From positions 832,001 through 896,000 of the forward strand of contig CP000071.1 in the NCBI GenBank assembly GCA_000002445.1: 64,000 bases of DNA, in the 5' to 3' direction. How positions within the stretch are numbered: position 1 is the first letter of the stretch; each line of letters opens with the position of its first letter. This DNA comes from Trypanosoma brucei. Its lineage: Eukaryota. Both the position numbers and the translations under genes were made by a program. The notes beneath the pieces are model-generated. The model was not told the DNA's origin. It saw nothing but the letters and a program-made list of their open reading frames with translations, and ran no database searches. Positions 22,586 through 33,607 of the stretch are shown piece after piece.

Positions 22586-22658
22586 CGTGGGTGATCTAGT
22601 GGTTATGATGTCTGCTTTACACGCAGAACGTCGCGGGTTCGAACCCCGCCCCGCGTAG
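22586..22658 (+). tRNA. tRNA-Val (anticodon TAC)
   Basis: Anticodon arm TCTGC-TTTACAC-GCAGA; T-arm GCGGG-TTCGAAC-CCCGC; acceptor GCGTGGG/CCCGCGT with two G-U pairs; T4 follows. Confidence 0.65.
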
Positions 22659-22727
22659 CGTTTTCCAGTTTGCGGCTGCGTCTCTTCATGTATGGTTCCG
22701 ATTAATGAAATTGTTGAGGAACACGTA

Positions 22728-22800
22728 GCCCTTCTAGCTCAGTCGGTAGAGCGCACGGCTCTTAACCGTGTGGTCGTGGGTTCGAGCCCCACGGGGGGTG
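22728..22800 (+). tRNA. tRNA-Lys (anticodon CTT), copy 1
   Basis: GCCCTTCTAGCTCAGTCGGTAGAGC...anticodon arm CACGG-CTCTTAA-CCGTG...T-arm GTGGG-TTCGAGC-CCCAC. Near-identical to metazoan tRNA-Lys(CTT). An identical copy is at 29366. Confidence 0.8.
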
Positions 22801-25800
22801 CTTTTCTCCGATTTCCCTGATTTAACTTCCACAATGGGGTGCCTCGAGTGCTGTCCCGTAAGGCGGTGTGATGTGTCAACAGGCCTTCCTTCAGCAGCGT
22901 CACAGTGATATCGTCGTCACTAAAGGGGAAGTGCCTTCTTCAGGTTGTTGATCTAACATGTTATTGGCCGAAGGCTCCTGCGGTGGACGGCGCATCCCAC
23001 CACCACCTCCCCCCCCCCCCCCGAGAGATCGGGCCTGTGAACTTTTCGGTTATACCCCACACACCCTTTTTCCGGTGGTCTGTCACGGTTTAATTTACGC
23101 GACACGAAAGAGAGCAAACAGACCCCTCACATGAAGCGATGTGTGGGACCGTGTTTTCGGGGGGGCCGAGTCATTAGAACACTTGGAGTTCCTTCTTTTT
23201 TGCTTGTGTCAGACGTCACTGTGCAGCTTTCCTTTCCTAAGGACTAGCCCTTAGCTCGGTGGGGCCATTCAGTAAAGAAGTTCCACCTCCTCACAGTGGT
23301 TGCACAGGAAAATAGCTGCACCCAGGGGCTGGGCACAGGCGCCACAACAAACCACGGCTATTGTCCTAACCCTTGAAAACCAATAAACTTGTATGTACAT
23401 AATGGGTGTCACCTCTAATTGATTCGGAAGTGGACACGAGTATCTTGACGTCAAAAAAAAAAAAGAAAAAATAGCGACTAGCGAACTCCCATATGCTGGG
23501 ACCGTTGAGGTCTTCAGAGGGGACGCTGTACGGAACAAAGATACTGTTAAACATCACCCTGAAGTTGTGGAAAGGATAAAGGCGAAGTGGGGGGCTGAGA
23601 AAAATGGAACCTGAAGGAACAAAATGAAAAACTCGGGGACCTATTACGAAGGCTCGCTCCGAAATTTGATAGAAACTAAGGTTCGATAGAACCAAATTGT
23701 TTATTGTACGCCCTTTCTCTTTAATCTATTTTGTCAGGTGCCGACTAGGATGATGACCCCTAGTAGGGAACAAAAAAAGACACTCGAAACAAAATGCAAG
23801 TAGTCTTTTCATAAAAATAAAAGAGATCAGGCCCTCATCACATCACACAACGTTCTTAAACATGCAGAAACACGACATATACCAGTGTTCGCGCCTGTGC
23901 GAAGCTCCAGCATCCACCTACTTCCTACTCCCACAGACACACACCCTTCACCCCAGCCCCTGTGGTGAGACTATGTTTTTCCCTGCACATGATGGGAGCC
24001 GTGTCATCAACTGTTCGTGGGCTGAAAGCATGTACCCGGGGCCCCTCTGATGGGAGTGCCTGTGTGGTAAAGAGTCCGCCCCAAACACGGCAGTGGGTTG
24101 GTGTTGTTCGCCTTTACGCTCCAATCATACCCCATTGGAGCACACCACAGGCACCTGATCTTCCCACCCTGACTGATGTGCATGAACAGAGAAACACTCT
24201 GGGGTTTCCGGCTGCCCCGGGGCACCGATTCTTTTCGCAGAGATAAATTCCCTTTAGCTTGTCATAGAAGTGGTTTTACGTTCTGCGGATCAAGGCTTCA
24301 AACAAATAGGCACCCGATATTTCTTTTCCCAACTTTTTTTTTTCACCGCTGCCTATTCAATCATCCTCGAAGCGTGCAAAAGCGGCTAGTAAAAAAAGAA
24401 AACCTTATACCAACTCGAGATTAACATAATATATGTACACATAACTCGTGATCGAGCCCCTAGTTTTGAGCGCTAGCCACACATAGGTCCAATTTTTTTT
24501 TCTTTTCACCGTTGAAAAGTAACTTGCCCGAACCACTCAAATAAGTGCCCAAGGTGTGTGGGAAGGAAAGACACAAGACTCTTCTAAGTAATTTCAAAAC
24601 TGTGACATCACTGGAAGGCCAAATAACCAATGTCCATGGGATGGTCAGAGCTCAGTAAAGTGACAGCAGCGTCGGTGAAGACTGCGCCGGGTCTGCCGAA
24701 CGAGAATGGCAAACTCCAGGTGCAGAAACACCAGCACACGCTCACACACATTCGCATATAAACAGCCTCCGCCTTCCCAATGCCGAGCGAAAGAGAACAC
24801 GCTGTAACCTATGGAAGCGGCGAAACACAGCTATCGCTAACCTTGCTTTGCGGTCATTGCTAACGCTGATGGGACGAAAAATAAGGGCTGACAGCTGGAA
24901 GAATAACACCAACAGAAAAGGAAAAGAATGGTGGCTAAGAGGCTCATATGTTCGAGCTTTTAAACTGGTATTAAGCGCAATTTCATGGGGTAATATTGCG
25001 CTGGTCTTGGTACCTTTATCTGGGGCAACGGCTATTACACTAGAGGGCAGGATGTGTAAAGCCACGTATCTCCACAGTTTATTGAAAGGAGGAAGAAGTT
25101 CTTGAATTAAATAACTTTTTTGATAAAGATTTTAACAACAAGCTAAACAGAATGCTCTAAATTTGGAGGAGGTGACAAGTAAGGAGAGGGTGGGGAAGAA
25201 ATCCTGGGAAAACAGATGCGGTTAGAGGGAGTTTGTATTGGGCAACTTTTTTTTTTTTGCACGCAGGCACGATTTAAAAATATATACATTTGCTTCCAGT
25301 GTTGGCTCCTTGTTCTCTCTCAGTGTCTGAAGGCAAAGTAGGGCCTGGATTATCACTAGAAGTAAGTCAATGGAGGTAATATCCTGGAATGGGTGCGATA
25401 CCCGAGAGTTCCCCCCATTGGGGTCGAGGCGATATGCTTTTCGCATAAAACACCGGAAGCAGGTACGTGCAAAAGAGGAAAGGAGGAGCATCATCTACGA
25501 GAGTGCACCCTCACCTCATTAACGTGAATGCGCTCAGTTAGGAAACTTGGACTTACCCCCTTTTATCCTTCCCTTTTGGAAGCCGTATTCGGCCCAAACA
25601 CGAACCAGTACGTGGGGATTCGGCGTAGCAACGCCGCCGGTATTCAATACGAGGATGGACCAACCAACGTATACAAATAAAGAAAACGACGAGGAGACAA
25701 GACAACGCCAAGCTGTTAAAAGTTTACCCACAGAACGGCCCATACAAAACGATGCACGGAAGGACGAAAAGGAGGGACGCTTCCGTTCCCACTCAAAGTT

Positions 25801-26105
25801 TACTGCAAGCACGGCGCTTTCGTGATGACGCACTGCAGGTGAGTTGCCCCCACCCCGGAAAAACAGCCGTACAACCCAACATACCACAAAGAACAATATA
25901 AAAGGATCGTATACTAATAAATACTGCGTGGCCGCACCCCTTTTCATCTTGTCTGAATGCCGAGGATGATGGGTTGCAGACGCCGCACTCATCGCCTTGG
26001 GATCGGTGCCCGGTTCATGCGTACTTTGTCTTGACATCTCGATCGGGGCGGCATACTCCATAATATGCTATAGCGTACATAAAAAAACAGTGCTGGGCTG
26101 TAGCG

Positions 26106-26177
26106 GCAATCGTGGTCCAACGGTTAAGATTTCCGCCTTCCAAGCGGGAGACCCGGGTTCGACTCCCGGCGATTGCA
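26106..26177 (+). tRNA. tRNA-Gly (anticodon TCC)
   Basis: Acceptor GCAATCG/CGATTGC is a perfect complement; anticodon arm TCCGC-CTTCCAA-GCGGG; T-arm CCGGG-TTCGACT-CCCGG; T-run follows. Confidence 0.75.
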
Positions 26178-26263
26178 CATTTTTTCGTTTTTATCATTCG
26201 GCATATTGTTATGCTCTCGAAAAGCTTTGACACAACATTGCTACGTTAACTCAGGCGGCGGTG

Positions 26264-26345
26264 TGGCAAGATGGTCGAGTGGTCTAAGACGTGACGTTCA
26301 GGTCGTCATCTCTCCGGAGGCGTGGGTTCAAACCCCACTCTTGTC
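26264..26345 (+). tRNA. tRNA-Leu (anticodon CAG), 82 nt with a long variable arm
   Basis: GGCAAGATGGTCGAGTGGTCTAAG...anticodon arm TGACG-TTCAGGT-CGTCA...T-arm GTGGG-TTCAAAC-CCCAC; acceptor GGCAAGA/TCTTGTC. Close match to eukaryotic tRNA-Leu(CAG). Confidence 0.8.
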
Positions 26346-26429
26346 AATATTTTCGTCCGATCATATCGGACTCAGCGGTTTCAAGTGTGGTCTCAACCGC
26401 CGCCGAAGTGTCAATAGGCGCGAAAACAA

Positions 26430-26501
26430 AGGCCCCGCCGAGAATTGAACTCGGGACCCCTGGTTTACAAGACCAGTGCACTGCCACTGTGCTACGAGGC
26501 C
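26430..26501 (-). tRNA. tRNA-Thr (anticodon TGT)
   Basis: Reverse complement GGCCTCGTAGCACAGTGGCAGTGCA-CTGGT-CTTGTAA-ACCAG-GGGTC-CCGAG-TTCAATT-CTCGG-CGGGGCC, similar to eukaryotic tRNA-Thr(TGT). Confidence 0.75.
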
Positions 26502-26598
26502 AGCGGAAAGGGCTAATAGATATTTCTTGCAGAAACTTTTTTAGAGGAAAAAGGTTATTTCATATACGTTGGCATTTTCAGTATTGCGCCTCGCTGAC

Positions 26599-26670
26599 GG
26601 TCTCGTGGCGCAATGGAAGCGCATCAGACTTCGGATCTGAGGGTTGCAGGTTCGAGTCCTGCCGGGATCG
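26599..26670 (+). tRNA. tRNA-Arg (anticodon TCG)
   Basis: D-arm GCGC-AATGGAA-GCGC; anticodon arm TCAGA-CTTCGGA-TCTGA; T-arm GCAGG-TTCGAGT-CCTGC; acceptor GGTCTCG/CGGGATC; T4 follows. It starts 98 bp from the 5' end of the divergent tRNA-Thr. Confidence 0.75.
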
Positions 26671-29021
26671 CACTTTTCCTCAGTCACATTGGTTCGATAG
26701 CGCCGCGGCTTGTGTGTTAACGGCGCCGCCGGCTGAAAATAGCGGAAGTGGCTGCTAAAGGAGGGGGAGGAGGAGGGGACTAACGACACGGGCTAGCCTG
26801 GCTGGTAGCGGCGAATGTGCTTTCGCCCGACATGATGGTGACCTCTATTTTCTGCTTTATAAGGTTTCGCCTTGACGTTGGAAGAACCGCTTCTTGCACA
26901 TTTGCTCAATGTTGATCATTTCATAGTTTAAGTCAGCAACAGGTCGACCGCCTGTAAGGGTCATCTTTTCCTTACCCACTTATCCCTTTTGCCAATATAT
27001 GCTCATACACAGAAATTGACGGTCAGAGATTTTTCACATGGAACAGTTGAAGCTCGTTTTGCCAACATCCCGAGGAGCGGAGACGAAAATCGCAACCGCC
27101 TCTTTATTGGGCCCCGCATGGCTTAATACCAACCGTTTCTCCCTTCTTGTAGAGAAAAAAAGGTTCTGTTTAGTTGGTTGACTTTCTTGTGAAGATGCCA
27201 TGCATAGAGGGACGTTGTCAATTCGAAAATGATGCGTATGCTTGGAAGGGTCTCTCTTTTCACACGTTGGAATGAATTAAGGAAGCCTTTCTGCCAACGC
27301 CGCGGGACCGCATCAACCGTCATTGCAGGCGTCATTGTAAGGTGGAGTGGGGCTAGTGGATAAACGGAAACGTTTGTATGATGCCGAAATGAATCGAAGC
27401 AAGGCTCATAACACACATACGAGTCGCTCTCCGCTGAATCAACCGGCCTCCAGTCCAACGGGACGAGATGAGAAGTCGGGAATGCACCATAGCACTGAAG
27501 AAGTAGGGGTCGTCGGGATGTCGATGGAGGAACCCCGCCAACCTGGAAATTGACACCTTCTTCCACCTTTCTTTGGCATTTTAATAAGCGATATGTACGA
27601 ATGAAGCTCCCTAATCTTCTCGAAACGTCGGATTGCGGTTACGGCCACCGGAATGACCTTAGGATGCATCTTGGAAGGGGGTTTTTGTCTACTAGCCTGG
27701 TTTGCTTCTCCGAGGATTGGACACCGGTCCCCCTGACGTTGTGTTGACGGGGGTTGGGCAGGCCGCTGCAATGCAGGCTGTGAAAAACTCATTTTGTCCG
27801 CGCCACCGAAGCGCGGGAGACACGGTTGCTTTATTACTTGTTCCATAAGTTAGAAAGAGTCGCATTATCCAACATGTGTTGAGGAAGGGTTTCGACGCAT
27901 CTGCTGACGTTGCTACCCTCACGCTGACAGTTTAAGGGGGGCACTATAGCGAAGAAATCTTCCGCGAAGCGTTTGGAAGGTAACGAGCGGATTTTCGAGA
28001 ATTAGGGTCACGTAGCAATAACTGAAGAATCAGTGGGAAAGTAGAGAAGGAATATGCCAAAATTGAGAGTGGGTGTTGAAAAACTATCACGAATCCTGTT
28101 TGCCAGCTCAGGTTTCTCGCCTTGTTTCGCGGTGAGCGCGCTCAAATACATGTTGTCGACTCACACCCAGATTTCGGTGAGGGGGGGGGGCCGCCCGCCG
28201 ACACGGCAGAGTGTCACACTATTTCCGACTTTTCGTTCGCAGATAGCGGGGTGGGGCGATAGAAAGCGTGTCACATGATAGAACTTTGTGTTCGCTATTG
28301 TGTAGGTCTTAGGCTGTGGGACCCTAGAGGATAACAGAGAGTCAATCCCCTAAATAGCATTTCACACTATGAGCCCTGACTGCGGTTCCTTGTGGTAGAA
28401 TCGCTCCCCTTTTCATTTGGAAATTTGTTGTGGGGAAATGGATCACTCGATATTTAATGGGCATTGCTTGCTTTGGTATTGCCGCAAGTTGCACTCGTGA
28501 AATTGATGCCTGCGTGTGAGAGAGTCGACAAACATATGAATATATATATATTTTTGACTTTCACCTGGAGCTATTGTAGGGGGCCGCCCGAACGCACTTG
28601 GCTTCAGACCGTCATTGCGTGAGGGAGGGGGTAAGACAAAGATGGAAGAAATACATAATAGCGCCAACCAGACACAGTGTTTCGGACTGGCGAGCCAAAT
28701 AAAGTTAGCACCTCCTACCGCAGCTTATGAAGATGCCGGGGAATACTTTCTTGCGCATCTACTTTTATTCTGGTGGAGCGTTGAAATTTCCCCTCACCCC
28801 ACCGGAGAGTGCGTGATGTAACTCTGCGAATGTCATTGGGGCAAGGGGGGTGCAGCAAAATGGGCGGAGGCGGATGTTGTAAGGCATTTTTTCCCCCACA
28901 GTTCCTCCCATGAGGTGCTTGAATCGTGATCCTGTGACGAAAAGCCATAATCGGCAAAAGAAACCCACTTTGATCCGTTTTCAGCGGAAAACAAACCGCC
29001 TCGCGACGACACTTGGGGCGC

Positions 29022-29272
29022 AAAATCCTGAGATGCTCCTCGGTGTGCTTCTGCAACGGGAACGTGCGCAAGGTGGGCTGCTCCGTCACCGGCCTGACCC
29101 GTTCCCCCCACTTTAACGGCGCGAGAACGCCTCTCTACAGTGGCGACCTCAACACCGACACGCAACCAAGCAGAACACCAAGTCAACGCAACAGAACCCC
29201 CGCTTGTCCAAGACGTCCCCGCTAAGCGGGATCAGCCCCCGAAGGTTACAGAGCAATATGCTCCGGCTACAT
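29022..29272 (-). ncRNA. 7SL (signal recognition particle) RNA gene; the ends are approximate
   Basis: Minus-strand sequence contains an S-domain helix-8-like core CAGGCCGGUGACGGAGCAGCC...UCCCGUUGCAGAAGC. This matches the conserved SRP RNA motif (human GGUCGAAACGGAGCAGGUCAAAACUCCCGUGCUGAUC), including a GNRA loop. A 5' Alu-domain-like UGUAAC loop is present (GCUCUGUAACCUUCGGGG). The 5' end falls about 97 bp divergent from tRNA-Lys(CTT) at 29366, the spacing used by trypanosomatid tRNA-dependent Pol III small-RNA genes. The first T4 run on the RNA strand is at 29022-29025 (GGAUUUUGC); a longer UUUGUUUU lies at 28988-28995. Confidence 0.55.
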
Positions 29273-29365
29273 CAATCGTTTGACAAAGCCAAGTGATATT
29301 CTTATTCGACATAAACTAAGAAAAAATAAATAAATGTATGTTACAATACGCTTACGGAAGCGGCT

Positions 29366-29438
29366 GCCCTTCTAGCTCAGTCGGTAGAGCGCACGGCTCT
29401 TAACCGTGTGGTCGTGGGTTCGAGCCCCACGGGGGGTG
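29366..29438 (+). tRNA. tRNA-Lys (anticodon CTT), copy 2; identical to 22728-22800
   Basis: Same 73-nt sequence as copy 1, followed by T10. Divergent partner of the 7SL RNA gene. Confidence 0.8.
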
Positions 29439-29527
29439 CTCTTTTTTTTTTGACTTCCCTTTCAGCCGTCCTCATACCGAAAAACGGTGTCAAAACCGTC
29501 TGCCCCGTCCTTCTCTTAGGTGAAAAA

Positions 29528-29599
29528 CATCCGTGACAGGATTCGAACCTGCAACCCTCTGATCCGTAGTCAGATGCTCTTCCATTGAGCCACACGGAC
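29528..29599 (-). tRNA. tRNA-Arg (anticodon ACG)
   Basis: Reverse complement GTCCGTG-TG-GCTC-AATGGAA-GAGC-A-TCTGA-CTACGGA-TCAGA-GGGTT-GCAGG-TTCGAAT-CCTGT-CACGGAT-G. Divergent partner of the U3 gene. Confidence 0.75.
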
Positions 29600-29695
29600 G
29601 TGATCGCTACTCGGGTTGACGAGTGAGGTTGAATACATAAGAAACTGTTTATTACCGATATTAGACTATCGCGATAACTCTGGACGCCGGATGTT

Positions 29696-29839
29696 AAGAC
29701 CGTACTCTGAACAGAATCGTTTTATGAGTACAACCTCTTAAATGAGAAATAACCAACAACCAAATCCTGATGATGAAGGTTGCTGGCTCCGCCCGGAGAG
29801 CTGTTCGATGAACGGCAGGAGCCGGTTCCAGAAGGATCC
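29696..29839 (+). ncRNA. U3 small nucleolar RNA gene (about 144 nt)
   Basis: 5' end AAGACCGUACUCUGAACAGAAUCGUUUUAUGAGUACAACC resembles the U3 box A'/A region (vertebrate AAGACUAUACUUUCAGGGAUCAUUUCUAUAGU). UGAUGAUGA (box C'-like) at 29768-29776. A box C-like UCGAUGAAC lies near the 3' end. T7 terminator at 29840-29846. The start is 97 bp from the 5' end of the divergent tRNA-Arg(ACG). Confidence 0.6.
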
Positions 29840-32800
29840 TTTTTTTGTTCCACCTTGGCTCGCTGCAACGGGAACTGCCTGGCTCGCTTCTTTTGAGGCC
29901 CTGTGCCTCACGGGTCTCAACGACGTAAAATAAGCCTCCCGGATGCGGCATTCACACCTCCTGCGTATGGAGAGATTGCGTTTGGGTGTGAGACTGGGTG
30001 GGAAACCAACGGCCAACATCCTTTTCGGGGCAGTGTGAGGGCGATCTCTATGCGCCTAGGGTGGCAGTGTTCAGACCACGCTCTTTGATGAGACCCAGTA
30101 GACGACGATCACCTTATCCGGGCTGTCGAATCCTTTCCGCCGACCCTTCAACCGTGGGATGGATAGGAAACTTTCCGGCCAGCGGGGTGGCAGTGCTTAA
30201 GATGGATGGTGCCGTGTTGGAGAGCGTCGCGCTCAGACGGTAGGCCCCACAAGGATTTCTGTTAGGTCTTACTTTGTTCACCAAAATGATGGAACGGTTC
30301 GGCCGACCAACGCACGGAAGACTGGGGTGCCCAGCATTGTTCCTTCGTGGTGGCAAACATGGCAGTAATGTGATCGAATATCAATCGCCGACAACCGGGG
30401 TGTCATATTCGGGAAGAATTTGTCGGCTTCGTCCAGTGTTCAATAAATTGTTCCATGGGAGTGTCTGCTGAGATTGCGAGGTCCACACTGTTTGGGTCAG
30501 CGACAAAAACGGCTGGCCACCGCGGGCCCGCCGAAGCTAATAGAAAAATGAAGATACCGACACAACCAGGCCCCACCCTGCAATATATCAAGGGCGCCAC
30601 CAAGCATCTCCAAGGGGAATTCGAAATGGCTTAAACGAAATTTTTTTTTTTTGGAATTTTCTTCGTGCCTTCGTGGGAGTTTCCCCCCACTGGCGCGGCC
30701 ATCAGCCATCACCGTAGAGCCCTGAGATGCTATCGGTCTGGCGACTGTGGCAGAGTCTCCCTTTTTCATTCATCCTAACACACCCTCTATAATTTTTGTT
30801 GTATTTCCGCATATGAACGGAATACAGCAGATGGGGCGAGAAGCCCCCCACCCCAGACTCTCCAAAAGTTGTCAATTAGCAATCCTTTTTTTGAGGTCCA
30901 CATCACCAGACAGCAGCATCTTAGTGCGGATGATAGTGCCGATGGCACGCTTGCCACGTGCCCAGGGACCGACAAATGAAGAACGGTGTCCCAGCAAGAC
31001 GCTGCTGATCCCTGTGCTGTATGATGCCGTATCCGGAGCACAGCAGTGTTCCCCATGAAAGGAACGCTGTTGGCTCTTGGCTTCCCCCGATGATACGGGG
31101 TACTGGACCCTGGCACCACGTTGAGGTGGCCGGCATCGCCAGGGACTTAAACGAAAATCGCCCGGTTGCATGCGGTTTCCCCGTTGTAACATTTGCGGGA
31201 GAAACGCTGGGGCCGTTGCGTCACACCGTCGCGGGAAACAGTGCGCTTCCGGGTAGTGGCCATGTTGTTCTTCACCTCCCACCTGACGAAAAAAAATCTG
31301 CAGGGGCCCAAAGGTCAAGCGGCCAGCATCATAGCAAGCATTCCGTGTGGTTTAAACGGGAGCGGCGTGCTGAAAGAGGCAGGATCACCCGTTGTTGAAG
31401 GAGGTTTGCGAGAGCGTAATGGAATGCTAAATTATATTGGCTGCCGGAACCACAGAACGCAGCAGGACCACCGGAAAACTTTACCACGTGGTCAATCTGC
31501 TCATATGGAGTTGGGCGCTGCAGAGGGTTGGTAAAGCAGCTTCTAGGGGTCAAATTTTCTCCGTTGGGGCAAAAGCATCGCTACTAGTTGAAAGATTGCG
31601 AAAGCAGGCTGCCCCCGGGTAAAATAAAGGAGGACGTGCCGGAAGGAGAAAATGAGGTTTAAACGATAATGAGGGTTAGAAGGCGTCCCACAGCGCGCCA
31701 TCAGATCCACGCCGTTGACTCAACCACGTTGGTCATGACTATTTGGGCTGGGGCCATCATATTTGACGAGGATGAGGAACGGACCTGGTCATTTAAAGGG
31801 GCTCGCAGGCTAGGGTGCGGTTAACAAGGAGAGAACGTTGCGACGGAAGTGACGTTCGGAGAACCTCCGAAAAAAAAAGGTGGGGAGCAAGAGAGGAAGT
31901 TGGGTTTATGACGTTCGTTGACTCCGTGTCCCTCATTCCAAGCCTCTGGTGCAGCGCCGGTGTCCGCAGAATTTGCCACGTACACCGCACAAGTTGCCAG
32001 GAGCAATTCATCAACAGACCCGCGTGCACGTCGCCACGGCTTGTTTCCGGTCACTTCGGGATTGAGCACAATGAAATGACCGGAAAGGGGGACTCTCCGC
32101 CGCGAACCTGTCGCACACGCGGTGCCGACACCGTGACGCAGCTGCTCCGGCACAAGGGGGACGGGGAAGTGGCGGTGGCGGATATGTCTATTTTGACGGG
32201 GGGAAGGGCCCACTGCGCGCTGAGGAAAAGCCTTCGAACACACACGTCCTGCGCTCAAGTGGAAGGGGGTGACAACTTTGGAAGAGAGGTTTGCCGCTTG
32301 GCTCCGCAATGGTACAGCAAACGAGAAAGGCGAAGCAGTATACATCCCACTGCTTCTGCGTGTGGTAATTTTGCCCCTCGATATTGCTTCGCACTTCCTA
32401 GGGAACGCGGCGCTCCCTCTTAATGAGGTTGCTTCTGGCCAGAGGATTGTGAACGACTGCCCTCCCCCACTTACTTTGCTTGGATTACTGTGTGAAGGAA
32501 GACTTCGTCACGTTCTAAGAGCAGATGCGCGAATGGTGGTTGACGAGGGTGGTTGGGAGCTGCGAAAGTGCGTTGGGAACCGGAGGAAGGCGGGTAGGGA
32601 ACCTCTCTCTTAAGCTCGGCAGCACGTAACTACACAGCCTTTTTCTGTACTGCATGTGGATGCGCTTGCTGTTCATCCGTGGCTGCCTAGCTCGGCTGTG
32701 AAAAACCGGCAAATGAGGCACGTTTTTTTTTCTTTACTATGTACTCTTTCACGCTATTCACCGACAACGAAATGCGAATTTCCTAGCATCTCCAGCTTCG

Positions 32801-33607
32801 TTTCCAGGGGCTCACCAAGCTATTATCCATGCACACTGTCACGCATTTCATTTCCAAACCTGCAGTTTTCAAAGTACCGAATATGACCCAGTAAGTCTTG
32901 TGCTTTCCGTCGCTCTTCTGCTTGTTTACCGAAATTCTTTTCTCCTTTAAGAAAAAAAGGGTTCCAGTGAAATGTTCAAGGCGCCCGACCGCATACCTAC
33001 AGCATAGCCGCCGCGCGTTCCAGTTGAGGCAAAAGGCATGCATAATGGCAAGAAGGGATTGTTGGAAGGGGTACCTCCTGCCTCAATCGTTTGCATTATC
33101 TGACTGCGCTTCGGTTTTGAATCGCGATTATCCGCCTGGTACTGACCATTTTTTGCAGCATGACCGCCCCTGGGTACACACCACGGTTTGTCAGGAAACC
33201 TGTCGCGCGATTCGAGCGCCCAACGGTGAGGAGGGGTGTAAGTCTAGCATCCGTGAAATCAAATGTATTTTTGCCCTTAAAAGTAACAAGGTAGCGAAAA
33301 CTATAAAACATGAGAAATGAAGCAATGTGTATCCGGTCGTATCGCTTCCGGAGATGTTCGAGCCCCACATAACTCGGAATATCGGAATAAAGTGAACAAT
33401 GCGAAGGATCATGCAGAGCAACGCCAGCAACAAAAAAAAAAAACAGCGCCCAAAACAAACTCCCCTGCACGGGGCTAAAACAGGAGCTTCCAAAGGTGGA
33501 TACAAGTTCATAACGTTGCCCCTCATACAGGATACTAGGTTTTCGCGACACAAGGTAAGAAAAAAATATATATTTCCTTCTCCTCTCGGATATCGGAATA
33601 CGGGTTA

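Noticed and set aside
22840-23100. Possible additional structured RNA next to the tRNA-Lys/Val/Gln group (C14 run, GC-rich)
   Set aside because: I could not match it to any known snRNA/7SL/5S consensus by eye, and it lacks the 97-bp tRNA-partner geometry. It is left unannotated.
25534-33551. Short ORFs in the strand-switch region (25534-26061 -, 27123-27566 -, 27439-27846 -, 28833-29186 -, 31815-32423 +, 31821-32345 -, 33096-33551 -)
   Set aside because: Biased, Arg/Trp/Cys/Pro-rich translations with no recognisable motifs. Several overlap tRNA, 7SL or candidate small-RNA sequence, and some are anchored on GTG/TTG starts from the bacterial-style track.
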